Positions 8,726-19,000 of a stretch of 64,000 nt of DNA are shown here, one piece after another (positions within the stretch are counted from its first letter, which is position 1; every line of letters begins with the position of its first letter). The stretch covers positions 64,001-128,000 of the forward strand of contig CAVUXE010000052.1 in assembly GCA_963745235.1 (NCBI GenBank), given 5' to 3'. A model generated the notes under the pieces. That model ran no database searches. It saw nothing but the letters and a program-made list of their open reading frames with translations, and was not told the origin of the DNA. The DNA is from an uncultured Spirochaetota bacterium (GTDB taxonomy: Bacteria > Spirochaetota > Spirochaetia > SZUA-6 > Fen-1364). The position numbers and the translations under genes were made by a program.

Positions 8726-10652
8726 ATGAAAACACCCCTGGCCGGCCGCGACAGCGCCTCAGGAAAAGGCCGCTCGCGGGCCACGCGCGCGGCGAACGAT
8801 CTCCCTCCGCGGCAGCCGGAACAGCGCAGGCGACCGCGGGGTCTCCTCATCGCCGGGATCATCGTCCTGTGCGTCCTGGCAGCGGGGGGGACTTTCCTCG
8901 GGATAACCCTGAAAAAAGCCGCGGACGCCGGCCGCGTCGCCTCCAGCCTGAAGCAGGCCTCGTACTACGAGGGAAAGGGAGAATACGAGGAAGCCCTGAA
9001 GATCCTCAACGGCCTGGACATCGATGACCCCCGGGTGAAGCAGCTCCTGGACGACGTGCTTGCGAAGAAGAAGGCTGCCGATGAGGCCGCCCGGCAGCAG
9101 GAGCTTTCCGCGCTCCTGGCCCAGCAGGAGCAGCTTCGCGCGGGCTTGAACGAGCTGGGGGAAAAGCTGAAGAACCAGCCCCAGAAGATCGTCATCCAGC
9201 CGCCCCCGGAAAAGACCGCCGCTGAGAACGCAACGACCGCGGAGAAAGAGCGCCAGAAAAAGGTCCAGGACCTGCTGCAAAAAGGGCGCCGCGGCCTTCA
9301 ACGCGGGCCGGTACGCGCGAGGCCCGCAAGGATTTCGAGCAGGCAGCCGCTCTGGACCCGGGAAACTCCGACGCCCTCGCCTATGCCGGCCTTTCCTATC
9401 TTCGCGAGGATCCCTCGAATCCCGACGAACGTCCAGAAGGCGGTGGACCTGTCGAACAAGGCCATCGACAAGAACCCCGACAACTGGCTGCCGCACAGGA
9501 CCCTCGGCGAGATCTACGACAGCCGGAAGCTCGCCGACGACGCCATGAGGGAGTACAAGATGGCCGCCCGGCTGAACCCTGACGACGCCGACACCCTGTT
9601 CGCGCTCGGCAAGCTGCAGTACCGCGCAAAGCTGTTCGCCGACGCCCTGAAGTCATTCGACGGGTGCGTGCGCGCTGCGCCCGGATTTCACGTCAGCCCA
9701 TTTCAACAGGGGCATGAGCCTCGTTCAGCTCGGCCAGGGCGCACAGGCCATCGACGCGTTCAAATCGGCGCTGGCAACGAAGAAAGATTTCGCTGACGCC
9801 TACTACATGATCGGAAGCATTCTGGGACAGAAGGGCGACACCGCCGGAGCAGTGGACTACTTCAAGCAGGCCGTGCAGTACGCTCCCGACAACCCGGGCT
9901 TCCTGCGAGAGCTCGGCACCGCGTACATGACGCGGGGAGATTTCAGCAACGCGGAAGGCTCCTACGCGAAGGCTCTTGCCCTGCAGCCTGACAGCGCGAC
10001 GGCCAACTACAACATGGCCTCCGTCAAGATCAAGCTCGGCAAGGCCTCCGAGGCCCTTCCGTACGCGCAGAAAGCGGAGGACAAGGACCCGGATTCGGCC
10101 CCCAGCGCCTACATCCTCGGGCTGGCCAACGAGAAGCTGGGCAACTCGGATGACGCAATCAGGTACTACGGGATGGCCGTCCAGAAGGACCCCAAGTTCA
10201 GCCCCGCGCTCATCAATCTTGGCGGCATCTACGACAGCAAGGGCATGCCTGACCAGGCCTTGAGCTACCTCCAGTCAGCGGTGGAGATTGCCCCGGAATC
10301 CTACGAGGTGCACAACAACCTCGGCAATGTCTTCCTTCACAAGCAGCAGTTCCAGGACAGCATCACGCAGCTGACCAAGGCGCTCTCCCTGAAGCCCGAT
10401 GCGCGCGACACGCAGTACAACCTGGGTCTTGCCTACTCGGCGAACGGCCAGACCACGGAGGCAAAAACCGCGTTCATAGCCGTCCTGCGCCTGGACCCCA
10501 CCTACTGGGACGCGTACCTGAACCTGGCGCGGATATTGGTGAAGGAAGGAAACAACAAGGACGCCCGGGACATCCTGACGAAGCTCATTGCCAAGACCCC
10601 GAAGGCTGACGTGAAACAGGAGGCGCAGAAGCTGCTGGACCAGTTGAAGTAG
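8726..10652 (+). CDS. Membrane-anchored multi-TPR protein (several frameshifts, about 9285-9700)
   Basis: N-terminal TM anchor and coiled coil; continuous TPR repeats spread over ORFs 8726-9796 and 9714-10652. Confidence 0.8.
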
Positions 10653-10655
10653 CGC

Positions 10656-12404
10656 TCAGGCCCGGGGCGGCCTGTCCACGAGCTTTCGAAGGCTCTCCTC
10701 CGACAGCTCGTGCCAGATAGGCCTCCCGTGCGGGCAGCGCGGGACAGGCAGACGCAAAGCCTGGGCGCAGAGCTCGCGCGCGGTCACCGGGTCCACGACG
10801 TCTCCGTCCTTGATGGCCAGCCTGCATGCCGCCGTTGCTCGAAGAGACGAGCGCCACTCCTCTCCGCCGGCGCCGCGCACCAGCTCCACTAGGACCTCTT
10901 CGCGAAGGGAGCGAAAGTCATCTGCCAATGCCGCTATCTCGTAGGAACGGGATCCCACGCGCCGGACTTCTATGCCAAGGCCTGCCAGCTCCTCCTGAAT
11001 GCGCTCGAGGCGGACGCCCTCCTCCTCCGAGACATCGAAAGAAAGCGGGAAAAGCATTTCCTGCATTCGTGGCGCGGTCCCTGCAAGCCGCTCGAAGATG
11101 ATCCGCTCGTGCGCCGCGTGCTGATCCAGGATCAGCAGGCGGCCGGAAACCTCGAACACCAGGAACACGCCGAACACCTGGCCCAGGAATCGAATGTCCG
11201 GCCCTTCTTCCAGTCTCTGCGGCGCACCACCCTCCCGGGGAACAAAAGGAAGAGTCTGTCCGGGAGCGTAGGACGGAGGATACACGGGCGTGTTCGGTTG
11301 GCCGGGTGCCGGGGCCTGGGTTCGCGCGGATGACGGCACGGGATTGCCCGCCGGCGGCAGGCCAGCGTGAGCTTGACCCGCCAGGGCTGCATGGGCTTGC
11401 CCTGCCAGCCCCGCGCGCACCGCGCTCACCACCACCGAGTGGACATCAGCGGGGTTGCGGAACCGGACCTCCTTTTTTGCGGGATGTATATTGAAATCGA
11501 TCAGGCCAGGGTCTATGTCCACGAATACGAATGCAACCGGGAACCAGCCCCCGGGCATGAAGCCGGAAAATCCATACTCGACCGCCTGCATCAGGGAAAA
11601 CTCCGACACCCTGCGGCGGTTCACGAAGACCTGGACGAGCTTCCTGTCCCTGCGGCGCAGCTCGGGCCGACCCGCAACGACTTCAACCCTGAACCCGTTC
11701 CCTTCAGCCGAAGATGACACGAGCATGCGCGCATCCAGCCGCTGGGAGTAGCACAGCGAGATTCGGTCCATCGCGTTCGCCGGCGGGAGGGAGAGTCTCG
11801 CTTCCGTGTCATTGAACAGGCGGAAAGAAACAGCAGGGTGAGACACCGCCCGATCCACAAAGACAGCTCTGCACATCGCGGACTCCGCCGAAGCGCTTCG
11901 AAGGAACTTCCTTCGAGCGGGGAAATTGTAGAATAGCTCCGCGACGTCCACCACTGTCCCTTTTCGCCCCGGGCAGGCTTCTCCTCCCTGGAGCGCGCCT
12001 CCGAGGACCTCCAGCCGGTACGCAGGCTGGTCCGCAGCCGGGCAGCTCGTGATGGAAAGCCTGCTGCAGATGGCGATGCTGGACAGCGCCTCTCCTCGAA
12101 ATCCAAGGGTCGACACCCGCAGCAGGTCGTCTTCCGATTCGATCTTCGACGTCGCATGGGGCTTCCAGCACACCTGGAGGTCTTCCCGGCTCATGCCCGC
12201 TCCGTCATCCACCACGCGAACGCGGGCAAGGCCGCCCGCCTCCAGAAATACGTCAATCGAAGCGGCTCCCGAATCGACGGAGTTGTCCAGCAGCTCGCGG
12301 ACAATGGACTGCGGCCGGTCGATGACCTCGCCGGCCGCTATCTTTCGGGTTACCTCGTCCCGGAGGATCCTGATCCTCCGGGAACGAAGCTGGGAGTCGC
12401 TCAT
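10656..12404 (-). CDS. mutL: DNA mismatch repair endonuclease MutL
   Basis: 'KIAAGEVI', 'HATSKI', 'GFRGEAL', 'NIHPAKKEVRF', endonuclease motifs 'DQHAAHERIIFE', 'ACR', 'CPHGRP'. Confidence 0.97.
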   Translation of the reverse strand: MSDSQLRSRRIRILRDEVTRKIAAGEVIDRPQSIVRELLDNSVDSGAASIDVFLEAGGLARVRVVDDGAGMSREDLQVCWKPHATSKIESEDDLLRVSTLGFRGEALSSIAICSRLSITSCPAADQPAYRLEVLGGALQGGEACPGRKGTVVDVAELFYNFPARRKFLRSASAESAMCRAVFVDRAVSHPAVSFRLFNDTEARLSLPPANAMDRISLCYSQRLDARMLVSSSAEGNGFRVEVVAGRPELRRRDRKLVQVFVNRRRVSEFSLMQAVEYGFSGFMPGGWFPVAFVFVDIDPGLIDFNIHPAKKEVRFRNPADVHSVVVSAVRAGLAGQAHAALAGQAHAGLPPAGNPVPSSARTQAPAPGQPNTPVYPPSYAPGQTLPFVPREGGAPQRLEEGPDIRFLGQVFGVFLVFEVSGRLLILDQHAAHERIIFERLAGTAPRMQEMLFPLSFDVSEEEGVRLERIQEELAGLGIEVRRVGSRSYEIAALADDFRSLREEVLVELVRGAGGEEWRSSLRATAACRLAIKDGDVVDPVTARELCAQALRLPVPRCPHGRPIWHELSEESLRKLVDRPPRA

Positions 12405-12409
12405 CCCGC

Positions 12410-14665
12410 CTACAACTGGATCGACGTGGTTATCGAAACGGAGGTCGCCATGTCGGGCAGGGTGTTCCCCGGCGAATAGTGCAGCGTGCCATCCGGGTTG
12501 AGCACGGGTGTGATTGTGTACAGAAGAGAGAGCTCCATGATAGGGCTCACCGGGTAGTTGATCTGCGCCGTGATGTCCGTGTTCGCATTGAAGAACGCGT
12601 CATTCAAAGTGGACGGGATGTTGTTCCCCGAGAACAGGCTTGTGCGTTCGTACGAAACTGATCCCCAGATCTTCACGACTGGTATGGCACCCTTTTCTAT
12701 CTCGAAGCTCGCGATAAAGTGGTCCGGGTTGTTCGGGTCAGGCCCCCAAGAACCGCTGGATGAGTTGATGGTCCATGGCCAGAAGTAGCCCACTCTCAAC
12801 GCGAAGACCTTGCTCAGCTTGAACCCGCCCTCTCCGTAAATGCCCATGTTGTAGTTGTTGAACAGGGGGCTGGAAGGATTCTGGAGATAGCTCAGGACGT
12901 TCAAGACGTAGGCGGACCTGTTTCGCTCGTAGCCAGTGTCATAGAGCTGCGGCTGGAAGGTCCCGGTGAAATACCGGTACTCGAGCCTCCACGTGAGGTC
13001 CGCAGTGATCAGGTTGCCGAAGAATCCAGCGGCAGTGCCCCAGTTCTTCAAGGCGATTGTGGACGAAGGGCTCCAGACCGCGTCCGTTGCGAACCCCTGT
13101 GCTATCCAGGGGTAGGTCGGAGTGGTCGAACGGAAATACGGGAGCATGAGCGCTCCGTCAGTGAAGAACACGAGCCCGAAGGCGTCGCTCTCCACGAAAG
13201 GCAGATCCAGGTCTATCCCCGGGTCGATGAAGATGGGGTACCCTGCCGCTGCCGGGCCCACCGCTCCCGTGGACGGATCATAGAAATCCCGTGCCGGGTT
13301 CAGGTCCACGATCGCGGAAAATCCGATGGCTCCGCGGAAGCCCGGGATGGGCCGCACGTAGAGCCGGCCGCCCAGGATGTCCGGGGGATAGACGGAGCCG
13401 TTGACGATGGTGGGGACGGCGTCATTGACCATTGCCTCGAAACCACCCCCGCCGAAATCCGCCCCGATGTTGACCCCGACTCGACGAACCACGGGGAAGT
13501 CCCCGTCGTTGGAGAAATCCCGCATGATCAGCCCGTGGCCGATGGTGATGTCCTCCAGGTTGCCCAGCTTGAAGAAAAACGGATCACGCTGCCGTCCGTA
13601 TTCGACGTACTTGAACTTCAGCAGCAGGTCGCGGCTGATGTCTGCAACCACCCTCCCCGGGTCCCCGCCCTGGTCAGTTCCGAAGCTCCACTCGTCGTTG
13701 CCTTGGGGGTGGTACCAGTCCCCGGGGTCCAGCATGTTGTCCTGGTAGATGATGGGCAGGTAGAGCGCCATTTTCAGGTTGCCAACGGTAAAGGTCGGCT
13801 CGAGAACAGCCTTGCCATAGGTCTGCCCGTTGATCGTGACCGAGCCGATCTCGAATCCAAGAATGTCATGCAAGGCAGCAAAGAGATTGTCCATGAATCC
13901 GTTCTGCGCGGGGGCCGGCGGCGTGGCGGGGTTCTGCGCTGCCTGTTGCGCCTGGCTCGCCTGCTCCTGGTCGTAAGCCTTCTCCTGGGACAGCGCGTCA
14001 GCAGGATCCAGCTTGACGAAGTTCATTTCCTGCTGCAGCCCGGAAAGCACATCCTGCGGGATGGGTTCCGGCTTGAAGGACGCGGCAAGAGCGTCAGCGA
14101 AGTCTCCCTGGGGGACATCCAGGGCCTGGCCGGTCTTGATGTCCTGGATCCACCCCGTTCCTTCCAGGGTGTACAGCTTGGAGGTGCTTGCTTCCACGAA
14201 CTCCACCACGATATCGGACCCCCGGACTCCGCAGACCGCGGAGCCCGTCTTTATCTGGTACTTGTCCTTGGTGGAAGCCCTCCCGGCGACCGTGCGCACC
14301 TTGCCGACCCCCAGGGAGAAGATGTCCTGGCCGCTGGTCTCGGTCCGCAAGGCCTCCACGGTAAAGTTGGTGTTCTGGGAGATCTTGATGATGGTTCCGG
14401 TGTGGTTGACCTTCAGCTCCGCCAGGTCGCCTTCACCCGTGACGATGGTCCATCCGGGTTTCAGCTCATCCCCATCCTGGATTCCGGTCACCTCGGTGGT
14501 CTTGCCGGACATCACCCTGAATGTTCCGCTGTTGTCTTCATGATAGGAAAGGGTCACGGAGATCGCGGGAGGCTTTGCGGTTGCGGCAGCGGCCTGCGCC
14601 AGGAGAATGGCGGGCGATGCCAGGAGGGCCGCGAGTGCAAGTGCCGTGGAGAATCTCTTCCTCAT
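12410..14665 (-). CDS. FecR-domain protein fused to a predicted outer-membrane beta-barrel
   Basis: Signal peptide; FecR-like 'IKTGSAVCGVRGS'; C-terminal ~480 aa of amphipathic beta-strands paralogous to the upstream gene. Confidence 0.7.
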   Translation of the reverse strand: MRKRFSTALALAALLASPAILLAQAAAATAKPPAISVTLSYHEDNSGTFRVMSGKTTEVTGIQDGDELKPGWTIVTGEGDLAELKVNHTGTIIKISQNTNFTVEALRTETSGQDIFSLGVGKVRTVAGRASTKDKYQIKTGSAVCGVRGSDIVVEFVEASTSKLYTLEGTGWIQDIKTGQALDVPQGDFADALAASFKPEPIPQDVLSGLQQEMNFVKLDPADALSQEKAYDQEQASQAQQAAQNPATPPAPAQNGFMDNLFAALHDILGFEIGSVTINGQTYGKAVLEPTFTVGNLKMALYLPIIYQDNMLDPGDWYHPQGNDEWSFGTDQGGDPGRVVADISRDLLLKFKYVEYGRQRDPFFFKLGNLEDITIGHGLIMRDFSNDGDFPVVRRVGVNIGADFGGGGFEAMVNDAVPTIVNGSVYPPDILGGRLYVRPIPGFRGAIGFSAIVDLNPARDFYDPSTGAVGPAAAGYPIFIDPGIDLDLPFVESDAFGLVFFTDGALMLPYFRSTTPTYPWIAQGFATDAVWSPSSTIALKNWGTAAGFFGNLITADLTWRLEYRYFTGTFQPQLYDTGYERNRSAYVLNVLSYLQNPSSPLFNNYNMGIYGEGGFKLSKVFALRVGYFWPWTINSSSGSWGPDPNNPDHFIASFEIEKGAIPVVKIWGSVSYERTSLFSGNNIPSTLNDAFFNANTDITAQINYPVSPIMELSLLYTITPVLNPDGTLHYSPGNTLPDMATSVSITTSIQL

Positions 14666-14676
14666 ACAGTCCTCCG

Positions 14677-16026
14677 TCAGAACAGAGCGATGGAGCTCTG
14701 CAGCCCGGACGTGATGATTGTGCTCGGAGACTGCCCCGGCCCCAGGTAGGAGAGCTGGTAGACGAACGAAATGACGGCGGGCCCCGACTTGAAGCTTATC
14801 TGCGCGCCGACCGACCCGTTCTGCTGGCTTACCAGGTCCCCGAGACTCGTTATGGACTGCTTGTCATACGAGAAGCTGAAGAAGAACCCTGGCACGACTC
14901 CCTCCCCGACAGTGAGGCTGGCGCGCAGCTCAGGATCCTGCAGGGACGCGAGGGTGGCTGACGTCTGGAAAGGGCCATCGAGTGTCACCGTGAAGACGAG
15001 CTTGTCACCCAGGAGCGAGGTGCCGGCGCTCACCAGGTATCCGAATGTGGAGCCGGTGACCCCGGAGGTCACGTAGGCATAGTCGGTCTGCCGGGACACA
15101 TCATACAGGGGTCCGAAGTAGTCGGGGATGAAGCTTGCCTGCATGAGCCGAAGCTGGGCGCCATAGGTGAAGATATTAATCAACCTGCCGCTGACTCCCA
15201 GCGCTCCTCCAACATTCAGCGAATTGATGCTGGCGACATCGGTGAAGACGGTCATGGAGGCGACGTCCTTGACGAAAAGCACAGGCACGCGGATGTCACC
15301 GCCGTACACGTAGACCGGCGCCGCCGGCGCCACCGCGGCGGGCTCAGTGCTCGTCTGCAGGGGGTTCGCGGACGCGGTGTCCGTGACGAATGTGCCGCCC
15401 ACCTGCATGTCCTTCAGGATGGAAATGTCGGTCCCGGCAAGCGGGCGAAGGTACAGCCTTCCGCCCAGGACGTCCATGAGAGCCAGGTTGCCCGCGAATG
15501 TCTCGACCCCGAGGTACGGGAAGCTCAGCAGCGCGCCGTCGACATCGGCCTCCAGGCCGAAATGCCTGTCTTGAGGAATGAAGTACATGTTGGTGTAGTC
15601 CCCCGCGATGAAACCGTCACCGAGGGTCACGTCGTCGAAGGACCCGAGCTTGAGGAACAAGGGGTCTCCCTTGAGGCCCCAACGGATGTAGTTGATCTTC
15701 GCAAGGTAGATCTGCAGGAAGGTCTGGAAGGTGGTCGGGACCCAGTCCGCCTGGCGAACGTAGATGGAGTTTCCCGGGCCGGTGAAGTTGTAGTTCAGCG
15801 TTATTGCCAACCCCACGCCGAGCTTTCCGAAAGAAATGTCGGGGAACAGGGAGAGGGACTGGTAGGCCACGGGCTGAGGCTCGTTGAATGTCTGCACACC
15901 AATGCCCAGGCTCATTCCAAAGCCGAGCGTCGGGTTTTCCGTGGAGGTTGCCTGCGAAAATGCCGGCCTCGCTGCCAGGCAGATCAGCAGCAGCGCAAGC
16001 GCGCTGCGCTCCAGGACTTTCACCAT
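14677..16026 (-). CDS. Predicted outer-membrane beta-barrel protein
   Basis: AGGAGG SD before ATG 16026; signal peptide; beta-strand pattern; terminal Phe; shares 'YIRWGLKGDPLFLKLGSFDDVTLGDG' motif with 12410-14665. Confidence 0.65.
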   Translation of the reverse strand: MVKVLERSALALLLICLAARPAFSQATSTENPTLGFGMSLGIGVQTFNEPQPVAYQSLSLFPDISFGKLGVGLAITLNYNFTGPGNSIYVRQADWVPTTFQTFLQIYLAKINYIRWGLKGDPLFLKLGSFDDVTLGDGFIAGDYTNMYFIPQDRHFGLEADVDGALLSFPYLGVETFAGNLALMDVLGGRLYLRPLAGTDISILKDMQVGGTFVTDTASANPLQTSTEPAAVAPAAPVYVYGGDIRVPVLFVKDVASMTVFTDVASINSLNVGGALGVSGRLINIFTYGAQLRLMQASFIPDYFGPLYDVSRQTDYAYVTSGVTGSTFGYLVSAGTSLLGDKLVFTVTLDGPFQTSATLASLQDPELRASLTVGEGVVPGFFFSFSYDKQSITSLGDLVSQQNGSVGAQISFKSGPAVISFVYQLSYLGPGQSPSTIITSGLQSSIALF

Positions 16027-16094
16027 TCGAGCCCTCCTTGTTACCAACGACTAAGTATATCGCCGGACAAGGGGCAAAACTACAGTCGCGGACC

Positions 16095-19000
16095 TCAGAA
16101 AGTCAGCTTCGCCTCGATGCCAAAGCTGACAGCGAGGCGCCAGATGAGGCCGCCCGTGAGAGCAGTCTCCGTGTCGGCCCCCAGGTCGACGCTTCCCTTG
16201 ACCGAGCCATGGTTTCGAAACACGAGTGAGGTCGCATGCCCGAAAAGGAGAGTGGCGGGATGGTAGTCGCTCCCGGGGGCGTAGTTGAGCGCGAAGTTCG
16301 CGCTTTCCCGATGGGCGATCCAGGCGTCCTTGCCGAGCGCGGCAGAGACATAGGGCACATTGATGCCCCCATCGGGATGAATGGACCAGTCCAGGTAGGT
16401 CTGAATCGAATTGATCAAAGAGATCTGCTCCGTTATTACGTTCTGATCCCACTTGAAGCTGTCCGCCAGGGTGAAACCCGTTTCCTTTTCCCCGAGCAGG
16501 CTCGCGGAGAGGACCGCCGTGGCCTCGGAGAACTGAAGGCTGTCAGCGGAGTCGCCTTCCACGGAAGCGCTCAGATTGATGCCGTATTCGTCGGTGGTGA
16601 TCATGGGCAGTCGCGGGATGGATCCAAGCCTTCCGAACAGGTTGACGGCATGGGAGGCGGTGTCCATCGTGATGTAGATGTTCGTCTGCGAAATTGAGGA
16701 TGCGAGACGAAGCATCTGTCCCACGGAAAGGTCCGCGCTCGATGGAATGAACAGGTCGCTGAGATGTGAGCCGTAGTTCCTCTTGACGCCCACCGTGAGG
16801 GCGGGGTTGTACGACGCCTGCGTGGTGGCGCCGTAACTTTCCCAGATGGGCAGGATGGCGCTCGTGTTGTCAGTGAAAAGCTCGATCAGGGGGAGCGAGG
16901 TCAGGAGGTATCCCTGCTGGGCGAGCACGTTCAGGAGCTCGTTCGTCTCCGTCACGAATCGAGGACCGGGCATGGGAGTTGTGGTCACGGAGAGCAGACG
17001 CTTGTAGCCGACGCTGAGGGTGGAATCCCCCTGGCCGACCTTGAACAGCGTTGCCGCGGAGAGCAGGACGTCGTTCTCCTGCGTATACGGTCCGGGGGCG
17101 GCCGGCAGGGCGTAGTTGCTTCCCTGGGCCTGCGTGCTGGCTTCCAGGTCCACGCCGATCGGATTCACAGGCATCTTGAGACTGGCGCCCAGCTTTTCAA
17201 GCCGGGCGTAGTCAAGACCGCTTTCATAGGGCGCAAGGAGGGAGAAGCCCTGCGTCCACTGGGTAATGTAGGCCTCCGAGCTGAGGGAGTAGCCAAGCAG
17301 CGACTGGGAAAGCTGCAGGTCAGATGTAAGAGTGAGGGGAATGGGCGGGGCAACCGACAGGTGTCCCAGCCATGTCTGGGTCAGGAGACCCGTTGTCGGA
17401 TCAAGGGCGGATTGGGAATCCGCGGATGCAGTTGTGGCCAGCACGGGGCCAAGATCCACCCGGTTCTCCCGGGAAAACCCGCCCCCACCGTCGATCGAGA
17501 ATGCATCCATGACTGTGAGAGGGACGATGACCGCGGGCACCGTCACCTTGTGCCCGCCGAACACCGCGAAGCTCCCGGCAGCTTCCCTCACCTTGATGTC
17601 CGCCTGCACCTGCGCGACGAAAACGTCCGCCCCCACCTCGGTTCGCGAGTAGAGGTTCTCCGCCGCCGAGGGGACTCCATACAGGGAGGAAAAGCCCGCT
17701 GACATCATGCTCAGGTCCTGCTGGATCTTGAGGTTCGACAGGATTGCGACGTTGCCTGCCTTCAGCACAGGGCCGGGAAGCTCCCCGGCGAAGGAGCCGG
17801 TGAAGGCCGCCCCCAGCGAACCCTGCGGGTCGGTGAAATAGATCTCGTCGATGAAGAAGACACCAGGGGCGGGCGGGGGACTCGTCGAGCCGCTCGTGGC
17901 GGCAACGGATATCTGAAGCTGCGTTATGTCACCCGTTGACGAATCGAATTTCGTCGGCGCGCCGACGGTGTTCCCGTCGATTTTCACCGTGTTGTCCGAA
18001 CGGGAGACTCTCAGCTCATGCCAGACGTTGCCGCTGAAAGCGGTGTCGTTGAGCTGCCACGATACCCCCAACCCGCCCGAATCGTAGAGGGTGAAGGTGA
18101 ATGTCGTCCCGGGGCTCGCCGGTGTTGGCATCCTCACATATGCCACCACTGTCTGGTACTTGATCCCTCCCGTGCCCTGAGTCGTAAACCCCCTGATCGA
18201 AAATGGATTCGCGATATTTGCAGGAGAGCCCCACTGCACCTCCAGGACATCCTGTTCTTCTCCGTTGGGATGGAATTGCTGGAGTTTTTGGGGGAACTTG
18301 TCAGGGAGACGGTTTCCAGCGCCCGGATCGAAAGGAGCGAACTGCTCCTGGATTTCCTGAACGGTGATGTTGTTGCGATCCGTTGCAGGCGGCGGAGCGG
18401 CCTGCACCCAGAACGGGGTAGCCTCAACGGAGATCGAGTCGATGAGGACGTACCCTGTTGCGCTCGTCACGCCCGTGTGCGGAACCAGGATGATCCGGAC
18501 CTCTCGCGCCTGGAGCAGCTTGGCGCGGTCCTGGTCGCTGAGGGCAACGGTGGCCGTCAACCATCCCGTCGTTATCGGCGTGGTGGAGGTGGCTCCCGAC
18601 GCAAGAGACAGGATAGAGGAGATTTCATCCGAGCCAGCTCCCGGTCCGATGGTCACGATCCTGGTAGCATCTTCCTGGTCAAGGAGACCGTTGGCGTTCC
18701 TGTCCTCGGAGTCGAGCTTCCCGTTGCCCTGCAGCTTGGGGCCGGCACCCACCAGGAGACTGATGTTGCCGTGACTGGGATTCGAATCCGTAAACGGAAA
18801 ACCGACGTCAGCAGAAGAAACCTTGGCCTTCAGGATCCCGCTTCCGTCCAGGTCTTCCGAAATGCTTCCAATCTGCACGTAGACGTCGGTCTGGCCGGTG
18901 ATGTTGTATCCCTCCAGCCTGATCGTGAGCGCTCGCGCCGTCGACACGTCGACGTCGCTGCCAGGTGAGATTGGCATCTGCGTGCCGACCCACAGGTTGC

